From Candidatus Saccharimonadales bacterium (GTDB taxonomy: Bacteria; Patescibacteriota; Saccharimonadia; UBA4664; SCTI01): 64,000 nt of DNA. A program made the translations under genes and the position numbers. The stretch's first letter is position 1; each line of letters opens with the position of its first letter. Shown here piece by piece: positions 36,021-43,125 of this stretch. The notes under the pieces are model-generated. The model was given only the letters and a program-made list of their open reading frames with translations. It made no database searches and was not told the DNA's origin. The stretch spans positions 7 to 64,006 of the forward strand of contig DATIII010000002.1 in the NCBI GenBank assembly GCA_035479795.1, in the 5' to 3' direction.

Positions 36021-36533
36021 CTAGAGGACCTCACCTTCGAGGTATTTCCAGCCGGGGCGCCGCTCCTTGCAGGCCTGAATCGGCCGTAAGGCTGCGTCGG
36101 TGCGGAGGTGGATGACATGGTCGACCACCCTGCAGAAGACCCACCAGTCGGACTCCTCCTTGAGTCCCGATGCACCACCGGTGTAGTCCCGGTAGGTGCC
36201 AGCGCCAGCCCAGGGGAAGTCCCCAGGCTCGACCAGATCGGGTCGGAGCGCCGCCTCGGAGGATGGGAGGCCGGTGCGAAGAACGAACCTGAGCTTGTGG
36301 TCGACGTTGTCGGTCAGACCCTCCTCCGCGCTGATTCGGGTCTCGTCGCCAACGCTCACGAAGTAGAGGCCGGTGGAGCAGGGATCCGAAGGATCCGGCA
36401 CCCTTGCCGGGTCCAAGATCACCACAGAGACTTCCACATCGTCGCCGTACTTCTGTTGAAGGTTCGGGACCATCACTTGATGGAACCAAGTATCCAGCTG
36501 CCGCTGGATGAGGAGGCCGAATCGCTCGGACAC
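36021..36533 (-). CDS. Hypothetical protein (170 aa), high-GC, cytoplasmic
   Basis: GTG start with SD AAAGGAA. Chosen over two overlapping Arg/Gly-rich frames. No family recognised. Confidence 0.45.
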   Translation of the reverse strand: MSERFGLLIQRQLDTWFHQVMVPNLQQKYGDDVEVSVVILDPARVPDPSDPCSTGLYFVSVGDETRISAEEGLTDNVDHKLRFVLRTGLPSSEAALRPDLVEPGDFPWAGAGTYRDYTGGASGLKEESDWWVFCRVVDHVIHLRTDAALRPIQACKERRPGWKYLEGEVL

Positions 36534-36580
36534 GGGTTTCCTTTCGTAGTAGGGGCTACCTCAAAAAAGGCATGAGTACT

Positions 36581-36609
36581 AGAATAGCATAAGAAGCTTA
36601 TTTTGTCAA
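36581..36609 (-). promoter_or_regulatory. Consensus promoter cassette (TTGACA-17-TGcTATTCT) for 36021-36533
   Basis: Minus-strand -35 (plus 36604-36609), 17-bp spacer, -10 (plus 36581-36586). Confidence 0.55.
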
Positions 36610-36632
36610 GATTCTAACAGATGGGATATAAT
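36603..36632 (+). promoter_or_regulatory. Divergent plus-strand promoter TTGTCA-18-TATAAT for the dihydrouridine synthase gene, sharing its -35 region with the minus-strand cassette
   Basis: TTGTCA at 36603-36608, TATAAT at 36627-36632 overlapping the ORF-track ATG. The first ATG after it is 36643. Confidence 0.45.
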
Positions 36633-36642
36633 GCTGTTTAAG

Positions 36643-37653
36643 ATGAAAAACTTCTGGAAAGACCTACCAAAGCCGTTCTTTTGCCTCGCCCCCCTTGATG
36701 ACGTCTCCGACACCGTCTTTCGCGAGGTGGTTATCCGCGCCTGCCTGTCCGGTAGGCAGGCTGGCGCGCCGAACGCCGTGTTTACCGAGTTTGCGAATAC
36801 CGATGGCTACTTACACCCAAAGGGTCGTATTAGCGTTCAGCGAAAGCTAGATGTGAATGACAGTGAACGAGAGCTGGGTGTGCCGTTAATTGCCCAGATA
36901 TGGGGCGCTAATCCAGATCATTACTACCAAACTGCCAAAGAGCTGGCGTCTACCGGAATGTATGCCGGAATTGATATAAATATGGGCTGTCCAGAAAAGG
37001 GCATTGTTAAGCGTGGCTGCTGCGGGGGGCTGATTAAAGAAGAGAATTGGGATAACGCCGCCGCCATTATCCAGGCTGTCAAAAAGGGCGGCGACGATCT
37101 GCCGGTCAGTGTTAAAACCCGGATTGGGGTTAATAAGATTATTACTGAGGATTGGATCAGTCATATCCTCAAGCAAGATATTGCCCTCTTAACCGTGCAC
37201 GGTCGCACAGTGAAGGAAATGAGCAAAGTACCGGCCCACTGGGAAGAGATCGGCAAAGCCGTGAAGCTACGGGACCAGATTGCACCGCACACGCTAATTG
37301 TTGGCAATGGCGACGTGGAGTCGCGTGAGCAAGGGGAGGAACTGGCTGCCAAATACGGCTTGGATGGCATTATGATCGGCCGCGGCGTGTTTCATAACCT
37401 GTTTGTCTTTAATAAGGAGCAAACCGATCACACACCTGAGGAGATGCTAAAAATCCTCCTTAACCATGTTGATCTGTATGGGCGCACCTGGGGGAGCGAT
37501 AAGAGCTACCAGCCGCTCAAGAAGTTCTTCAAAATCTACGTTTCCGGTTTTCCGAATGCGGCGGAACTGCGCGCCCAGCTGATGGGGACTAAGACTCCAG
37601 ACGAAGCCCGCGAGATCGTTAATTCTTATCTGAAACAACCTATAACTGCATAA
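36643..37653 (+). CDS. tRNA-dihydrouridine synthase (Dus family, TIM barrel)
   Basis: FCLAPLDDVSD, NMGCPEKGIVKRGCCGGL and VSVKTRIG motifs. Start moved to ATG 36643 because the -10 box overlaps the upstream ATG. Confidence 0.8.
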   Translation: MKNFWKDLPKPFFCLAPLDDVSDTVFREVVIRACLSGRQAGAPNAVFTEFANTDGYLHPKGRISVQRKLDVNDSERELGVPLIAQIWGANPDHYYQTAKELASTGMYAGIDINMGCPEKGIVKRGCCGGLIKEENWDNAAAIIQAVKKGGDDLPVSVKTRIGVNKIITEDWISHILKQDIALLTVHGRTVKEMSKVPAHWEEIGKAVKLRDQIAPHTLIVGNGDVESREQGEELAAKYGLDGIMIGRGVFHNLFVFNKEQTDHTPEEMLKILLNHVDLYGRTWGSDKSYQPLKKFFKIYVSGFPNAAELRAQLMGTKTPDEAREIVNSYLKQPITA

Positions 37654-37686
37654 CAAAACGCTCCCGGTAAAGGGAGCGTTTTGCGT

Positions 37687-38232
37687 TTACAACAGGCCTA
37701 ATTTACGGGCACAGGCAGGCCACGGGCGCCAGCCGCGAACGGCTTGGTCGGCGTGGGCCTTAGTATCCTGGACCTCGGCCGGGGCTAAGTCCGGACGGGC
37801 ATAGCCACCGTAGTTGTTCCAGGTACCCAGACTGTACTGGTAGGCGCCGAAGTAACCGTTACCCGAGTTACGGGTGTAGGTACTACCGGACTCACACAGA
37901 CGAATCTGGTAAAAGGCATCATCGCCAGCCGGGGCAACTACCTTAGTGGTAGCAACCTTAACAGCGGCGCGGCGGGCGGCCAATTTGGCAGCCTTAGTAG
38001 CCTCTTGCTTGGCCTTCAGCGGGGCAATCACGTCGGTATCGAAGTTAGGCTTCGGAGCGACGACAACTGTCACCGGTTGGACCTGTAGGGTATCGAGTTT
38101 GATCTCGTAAGGTGCGGGGGTCTCAACACTGGCCTGAGCCGTTGCTGAGGCGGTTATCAGACCGGTAAACGGGCTGATGACCTGGGCCGTTAGTGACAGA
38201 TGTGCCACCAACGTATGTAGATAGTTACGCAT
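37687..38232 (-). CDS. Secreted Rpf-like (resuscitation-promoting-factor / transglycosylase-like domain) protein
   Basis: C-terminus CESGSTYTRNSGNGYFGAYQYSLGTWNNYGG...AEVQDTKAH...WRPWPACA matches the Rpf domain pattern (CESGGNW..NTGNGYYGGLQ...TW...GG...WP.C). Start taken at ATG 38232 because the ORF-track ATG lies inside the promoter spacer. Signal peptide follows. Confidence 0.65.
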   Translation of the reverse strand: MRNYLHTLVAHLSLTAQVISPFTGLITASATAQASVETPAPYEIKLDTLQVQPVTVVVAPKPNFDTDVIAPLKAKQEATKAAKLAARRAAVKVATTKVVAPAGDDAFYQIRLCESGSTYTRNSGNGYFGAYQYSLGTWNNYGGYARPDLAPAEVQDTKAHADQAVRGWRPWPACARKLGLL

Positions 38233-38290
38233 AGCGCAGTTCGTAAAACGAGCTGTGATACGTCCTTTCTGGTTAGTGGTGCTGCCCAAT

Positions 38291-38320
38291 AAAAAGGACC
38301 TCGCATTGAGGTCTTTTATC
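38291..38320 (-). terminator. Intrinsic-terminator-like hairpin + U5 in the 5' leader of the Rpf-like gene
   Basis: 7-bp stem GGACCTC/GAGGTCT. On the minus strand it is followed by UUUUUAUU. It lies between the -10 at 38332-38337 and the start codon at 38232. Confidence 0.5.
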
Positions 38321-38331
38321 GAACGCGGAAT

Positions 38332-38360
38332 ATAATAAACCATAAGTGGTATTTTGTCAA
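38332..38360 (-). promoter_or_regulatory. Consensus promoter cassette (TTGACA-17-TATTAT) for the Rpf-like gene
   Basis: Minus-strand -35 (plus 38355-38360), 17-bp spacer, -10 (plus 38332-38337). Confidence 0.55.
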
Positions 38361-38461
38361 TACTTAACAGGTGGCTAGGTTTTCCCTACATCTGTAGAAT
38401 CAACTTAAGCATTCTCTCAGGTCATAGGGCTAGGCTATGATCAGTAAAAGGAATTACACCT

Positions 38462-38974
38462 ATGAAAGTTCGTAAATCATTAATTGTGGCCTGTGCGGCG
38501 GGTAGCCTTGGTCTGGCCAGTGTAGGCGCACTGGCTGCCACTAGCACAAACTCTTCCGGCAGTTTAGTGGATGATGTAACCAACCATTTCCATCTAAACA
38601 AATCAGAGGTCCAGCAGGTATTTGATAATCATCGAAAAACCGAGAAGGCCAATCACGAGCAGAAATATGAAGATAGGCTAAACCAGGCCGTCAAGGATGG
38701 CAAGCTGACATCGGATCAGAAAGATAAAATTCTGGCCAAGCACAAAGAGATGATCAGCTTTATGGAGTCACTAAAGGATAAGACGCCACAAGAGCGCCAC
38801 GACGCTATGAAGACTAAGATGGACGAGCTAAAAACCTGGGAGAAAGATAATAACATCCCAGTGGGTTACCTGGGCGGACCGGGAATGGGGCATCATGGTT
38901 TCGGACACGGGCCGAAAGGTGATGGACCAGGTGAGGGGATAGGCATGCGCATGATGGACGGCGAGCCTCGATAA
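38462..38974 (+). CDS. Secreted LTxxQ-motif (Spy/CpxP-like) protein with a His/Gly-rich C-terminal tail
   Basis: Signal peptide. Helical, charged core with LTSDQKDKI. C-terminus GGPGMGHHGFGHGPKGDGPGEG suggests metal binding. Confidence 0.4.
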   Translation: MKVRKSLIVACAAGSLGLASVGALAATSTNSSGSLVDDVTNHFHLNKSEVQQVFDNHRKTEKANHEQKYEDRLNQAVKDGKLTSDQKDKILAKHKEMISFMESLKDKTPQERHDAMKTKMDELKTWEKDNNIPVGYLGGPGMGHHGFGHGPKGDGPGEGIGMRMMDGEPR

Positions 38975-38998
38975 ATATAATAAATAAAGACTTGTCTC

Positions 38999-39028
38999 GG
39001 AGGCCGGCGATATTGCCGGCCTCCTTTT
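38999..39028 (+). terminator. Intrinsic terminator (10-bp GC stem + TTTT), usable by both convergent genes
   Basis: GGAGGCCGGC(38999-39008)/GCCGGCCTCC(39015-39024), then TTTTGG. A/T-rich on the other side as well. Confidence 0.6.
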
Positions 39029-39035
39029 GGTATGA

Positions 39036-39533
39036 CTAGCTGCCCCAGCAGGTCTGGCAACCACCCCAGTCACGCCTGGTTAGCCCATCGCTACGAAAAG
39101 CAGATACGGCCGGAGGCGATACCGCACTCTCAGGCGGCGGCACAGCCCACATCTCCGGATCGAACTTGATGCCGTGGTCCTGCATGAACGCGACGGTCGA
39201 CGTCACGTCGCGAGCCGTTATCTGCGCAGACGGGTCATCGTTAGGCTCATGGTGAATGAACCGTCGAGCCACCTGGTGGAAGAACACGGTGTAGTTGGTG
39301 GTGTAAAGCAAAAAGGCGTGCCAGCCGATGTCAATCTTCCCGGATGGTGTAAAGGCCTCGTCGGGATGATCGCCACACAGCTTGAGGAAGCCGAGAGTGG
39401 CGTCCATGATCCGTTCGGCCTCCCTGACGCTGGTTCCGTGATCTTTACAGATCCGACCGGTCAGTCGCAGCCAGAGGATGGAGTCGATCAGGTCCCGATA
39501 AAGGAACTGTCGAGGTTCGGCGCGAGTGGGCAT
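39036..39533 (-). CDS. Hypothetical protein (165 aa), high-GC
   Basis: Contains IDIGWHAFLLYTTNYTVFFHQVARRFIHHEP, which has a weak resemblance to the glycine-rich-domain / DUF1399-like WH...L..Y...HH.P pattern. Consensus promoter upstream. Confidence 0.45.
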   Translation of the reverse strand: MPTRAEPRQFLYRDLIDSILWLRLTGRICKDHGTSVREAERIMDATLGFLKLCGDHPDEAFTPSGKIDIGWHAFLLYTTNYTVFFHQVARRFIHHEPNDDPSAQITARDVTSTVAFMQDHGIKFDPEMWAVPPPESAVSPPAVSAFRSDGLTRRDWGGCQTCWGS

Positions 39534-39567
39534 AACAACTCACTTTCGTCGTTTGATGCGCGACAAA

Positions 39568-39596
39568 TTTATACCACTATGTACCCAAGGCGTCAA
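39568..39596 (-). promoter_or_regulatory. Promoter cassette (TTGACG-17-TGgTATAAA) for 39036-39533
   Basis: Minus-strand -35 (plus 39591-39596), 17-bp spacer, extended -10 (plus 39568-39573). Confidence 0.5.
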
Positions 39597-39628
39597 TGTG
39601 AGATAATTGAAATCAAAAGGAGAATACA

Positions 39629-39799
39629 ATGAGAAAAAGTGCATTTGGTGGTGGATTTTACTTCCTAGTATTCATAGGAGCTTCAGTCTATTACCTCGAA
39701 AACGCCCACAGCTTTGGTCAAGGCTTTATTGGCTTGGTAAAGGCATTATTTTGGCCGGCCGTGGTGGCCTTCCAAGCCTTTACTCTGATGCATATGTAA
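39629..39799 (+). CDS. Small two-TM membrane protein (56 aa) not in the ORF track
   Basis: ATG 39629 is preceded by SD AAAGGAG at a 7-nt spacing. Translation: MRKSAFGGGFYFLVFIGASVYYLENAHSFGQGFIGLVKALFWPAVVAFQAFTLMHM*. Preferred over the overlapping 72-aa Trp-rich frame. Confidence 0.45.
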   Translation: MRKSAFGGGFYFLVFIGASVYYLENAHSFGQGFIGLVKALFWPAVVAFQAFTLMHM

Positions 39800-39816
39800 T
39801 TTTGCCCTCTTGGAGC

Positions 39817-39828
39817 TATAATTAAGCC
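39817..39828 (+). promoter_or_regulatory. -10 TATAAT 6 nt before the ku ATG (leaderless-type)
   Basis: TATAAT at 39817-39822, ATG at 39829. Confidence 0.4.
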
Positions 39829-40617
39829 ATGAGAGCTCTCTGGACTGGGTCCCTTAGCTTTGGCTTAATCAACATCCCCGTACGGCTATATTCGGGTAGT
39901 GAGTCACGGGGTGGTATTGAGCTGACCATGCTTCATAAAAAGGACCTTTCACCAATCCGTTATGCCCGAATTTGCCGCGCCGACGGCAAGGAAATTCCGT
40001 TCGACCAGATTGTAAAGGGCTACGAGTACCAGGAAGGTGACTACGTGGTGCTAACCGATGACGATCTGAAAAAGGCCAATGCCCGGCGGACCAAGAGCAT
40101 TGATATCGAAGAGTTTGTGCACGAGGATGAGATTGATGTGCGCTACTACGAAAAGCCATACTATCTAGAACCTGATAAAAATGCGGCCAAACCTTACGCT
40201 CTGCTACGAGAGGCTTTGAATAAAAGCGGACGCGTGGCGATTGCCAAGTTTGTGCTGCGCAATAAGGAGCATTTAGCCGCCGTTAAACCGGTTGGCAAGG
40301 TATTGGTTCTGGAGCAAATGCGCTTTCCATCAGATCTGCGAGCGCCATCCAAGCTAGATATCCCGGAAGCCTCAGCCGCCACCAAAAAGGAGATTGATAT
40401 GGCCCTGGCGCTGATTGATCAACTGAGTGCGCCATTTATACCTGAAGATTTTCACGACACCTATACCGAGGAACTCGAAGCACTGATTGAAGCCAAAGCT
40501 AAAGGCAAAAAGCCCAAAGCCGCTGGACCAGCACCCAAGGCCACACCGAGTAAAGACCTAATGAGCATGCTCAAGGCCAGCCTAGAGAAGGAGCGCGACA
40601 AAGCCGCGTCCAAATAA
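39829..40617 (+). CDS. ku: Non-homologous end-joining protein Ku
   Basis: N-terminus MRALWTGSLSFGLINIPVRLYSG and the Ku core. Lys-rich C-terminus. Confidence 0.9.
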   Translation: MRALWTGSLSFGLINIPVRLYSGSESRGGIELTMLHKKDLSPIRYARICRADGKEIPFDQIVKGYEYQEGDYVVLTDDDLKKANARRTKSIDIEEFVHEDEIDVRYYEKPYYLEPDKNAAKPYALLREALNKSGRVAIAKFVLRNKEHLAAVKPVGKVLVLEQMRFPSDLRAPSKLDIPEASAATKKEIDMALALIDQLSAPFIPEDFHDTYTEELEALIEAKAKGKKPKAAGPAPKATPSKDLMSMLKASLEKERDKAASK

Positions 40618-43062
40618 ATGGCCCTGGCCGAATATAAAAAGAAGCGGACATTCAAGAGTAGTCCTGAACCGGCTGGCAAATTACATAAGCCGGAAAAGCA
40701 CTTGCGATTTGTGGTCCAAAAACACCACGCCAGCCAGCTCCATTATGATTTTCGACTAGAGCTCGATGGCGTCTTAAAGAGCTGGGCGGTGCCCAAGGGC
40801 CCCTCTTTAAATCCAGATGACAAGCGACTAGCTATGATGGTCGAAGATCACCCCTATGAGTACCGGGATTTCGAAGGGGTTATTCCGAAAGGCAATTATG
40901 GCGCCGGCAAGGTGATCGTATGGGACGAGGGTACTTATGAAGATTACGAGCAATCAAAAGATCTAAAAACTCAGATTAAAAATCTTCGCGCGGGACTAAA
41001 GAAAGGCGACTTTAAGTTTGTGCTGCATGGCCAAAAGCTGAATGGGGCCTACGTGTTGGCTAAGATGCAGGGTCGGGGTGAAAATAATTGGCTACTGATC
41101 AAGAAAAAGGACGATTTTGCCACCGCTGAGGATGTGACCAAACAAGGCGAATCTGTAAAATCCGGCCTGGACGTAGAAGCGGTCGGTGATGTTCCGGGCA
41201 AAAAATGGCTCAAGACGCCGAAGTTAAATCTGAAAGACGCTCCTAAGGCCACCCAACCAGGCAAGCTAGAACCGATGCTGGCGACATTATCAAAGGAAGC
41301 ATTTGACGGTCCGGACTGGCTGTATGAGATCAAGTGGGACGGCTACCGAATATTGGCGCATCTGGGAGACGGTGAGGTGAAACTACTTAGCCGCAATGGC
41401 AAAGACTACACCGAAGTGTTCGCGCCGATTGCAACGGAGCTATCAAGCTTGAAATTAAATGCCATCTTGGACGGCGAGATCGTGGTCTTGGACAAGGATG
41501 GCAAAAGTGACTTTGGGGCCCTCCAGGATTACCAAAAAACGGGTGCGGGCCATCTGGTATACGAGGTTTTTGACGCTCCTTTTGCAGATGGTCACGACCT
41601 TCGCGAACTCTCATTGACTAAGCGAAAGGAGATCGTCGCCGAAGCCATAGAGGATCTGGAAAACGTCCGCTATAGCGACCACATTACCGGAGGCGGCAAG
41701 GCCTTCTTCGCCCAGGCCGAAAAGCTGGGCTTGGAAGGCATAATGGCTAAACAAAATGACAGCCAATACTTAAATGGCAAACGGGGACAAAGTTGGCTGA
41801 AGATTAAGACCCACCAACGGCAGGAGGTGGTGGTTGGCGGCTGGACAGAGCCGCGCGGCGGTCGCAAAGGTATGGGCGCCCTTATTGTTGGCGTTTATGA
41901 GGAGAAGAGTCTACGCTACGTCGGTAATGTTGGTGGCGGATTTACTGAAAAGAGCATTGATGACATTTTGGTAAAATTGAAGCTCTTGGAGCGCAGGACA
42001 TCACCCTTTAGCGGGCCAGTCAAAAATGATACTGCCATCCATTGGGTGAAGCCCGATCTGTTAGCCGAGGTAAAGTTTGCCGAATGGACAGGGGACGGCC
42101 ATCTGCGGCAGCCGATATTCTTGGGACTGCGTGAAGATAAGGAGGCCCAGAAGGTGCAAAAGGAAGAAGCCATCGAACCAGGTGGGAAGTTTACACCGAC
42201 TCATCGCGATAAGGTATTTTGGCCCAAGGAAAAATACACCAAGGGTGACGTGATTGATTATTACGATGCCGTATCTGCCACCATCCTGCCGCACCTGGTT
42301 TATCGGCCGCAGTCAATGAATCGTCATCCGAACGGCATTAAGGGGGCTAGCTTCTTTCAGAAGGATGTCGAAAAACACCCTGATTGGGTCAAAACCAAAC
42401 CGATTTACTCAGAGTCAAACGATGGGGATATTAACTGGCTGATCTGTAACGACCGCGACACACTGTTATACATGGCCAATTTGGGCTGTATTGAGCTCAA
42501 CCCCTGGCACTCGCGCACCGCTAGCTTGGATAAGCCAGATTACTGTTTGATCGACCTTGATGCCAAGACCACCAAATTTGAAGTCGTTGTCGAAGTGGCC
42601 AAAGCGGCTAAGAAGCTACTAGATGAGATTAGCGCCGATTGCTTTGTAAAAACTTCTGGAAAAACTGGCATGCACATATTGATACCGCTAGGTGCTAAAT
42701 ATTCCTATGAACAATCCCGGCAATTTGCACAATTAATTGTTGGCAAATTGAATGAAAGATTGCCGAAGATAACCAGCGTGGAGCGCAATCCAGATAAACG
42801 TCGCGGTAAGATCTATCTGGATTACCTACAAAACCGCAAAGGCCAGACGATGGCAGCCGCCTACTGCCTGCGACCCGTCGAAGGCGCCCCCGTTAGCGCC
42901 CCTCTTAAATGGAGCGAAGTTAAGAAGGGCCTTGATCCCCGAAAATTCAACATAAAAACTATGCCAGCTCGTATCAAGAAAGTCGGTGATCTTCATAATG
43001 GCCTTACTGGTCACAGAGGCATTGATATGATGAAATGCCTCAAAAATCTCGAAAAGTCTTAA
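40618..43062 (+). CDS. ligD: Multidomain ATP-dependent DNA ligase LigD (3'-phosphoesterase, ligase and polymerase/primase domains)
   Basis: PE domain HYDFRLELDG...WAVPKGPS. Ligase KxDG as EIKWDGYR. C-terminal LigD polymerase domain. 814 aa. Immediately follows ku. Confidence 0.9.
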   Translation: MALAEYKKKRTFKSSPEPAGKLHKPEKHLRFVVQKHHASQLHYDFRLELDGVLKSWAVPKGPSLNPDDKRLAMMVEDHPYEYRDFEGVIPKGNYGAGKVIVWDEGTYEDYEQSKDLKTQIKNLRAGLKKGDFKFVLHGQKLNGAYVLAKMQGRGENNWLLIKKKDDFATAEDVTKQGESVKSGLDVEAVGDVPGKKWLKTPKLNLKDAPKATQPGKLEPMLATLSKEAFDGPDWLYEIKWDGYRILAHLGDGEVKLLSRNGKDYTEVFAPIATELSSLKLNAILDGEIVVLDKDGKSDFGALQDYQKTGAGHLVYEVFDAPFADGHDLRELSLTKRKEIVAEAIEDLENVRYSDHITGGGKAFFAQAEKLGLEGIMAKQNDSQYLNGKRGQSWLKIKTHQRQEVVVGGWTEPRGGRKGMGALIVGVYEEKSLRYVGNVGGGFTEKSIDDILVKLKLLERRTSPFSGPVKNDTAIHWVKPDLLAEVKFAEWTGDGHLRQPIFLGLREDKEAQKVQKEEAIEPGGKFTPTHRDKVFWPKEKYTKGDVIDYYDAVSATILPHLVYRPQSMNRHPNGIKGASFFQKDVEKHPDWVKTKPIYSESNDGDINWLICNDRDTLLYMANLGCIELNPWHSRTASLDKPDYCLIDLDAKTTKFEVVVEVAKAAKKLLDEISADCFVKTSGKTGMHILIPLGAKYSYEQSRQFAQLIVGKLNERLPKITSVERNPDKRRGKIYLDYLQNRKGQTMAAAYCLRPVEGAPVSAPLKWSEVKKGLDPRKFNIKTMPARIKKVGDLHNGLTGHRGIDMMKCLKNLEKS

Positions 43063-43125
43063 TAAATAGATGTGGAGAAAAATAGGGTTGCGCCGCGATG
43101 ACTCTTTATTTAATGTATAGCGGAT

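Noticed and set aside
36031-36575. Two alternative long ORFs (36031-36489 minus, 36108-36575 plus) overlapping 36021-36533
   Set aside because: They are Arg/Gly/Pro-rich GC-frame artefacts with no SD. The chosen frame has an SD, a GTG start behind the consensus promoter, and balanced composition.
39607-39825. 72-aa ORF-track ORF upstream of ku
   Set aside because: The alternative frame starting at 39629 has a strong SD and a convincing two-helix membrane-protein sequence. The 72-aa frame (WWW, Ser/Leu/Arg-rich) does not.
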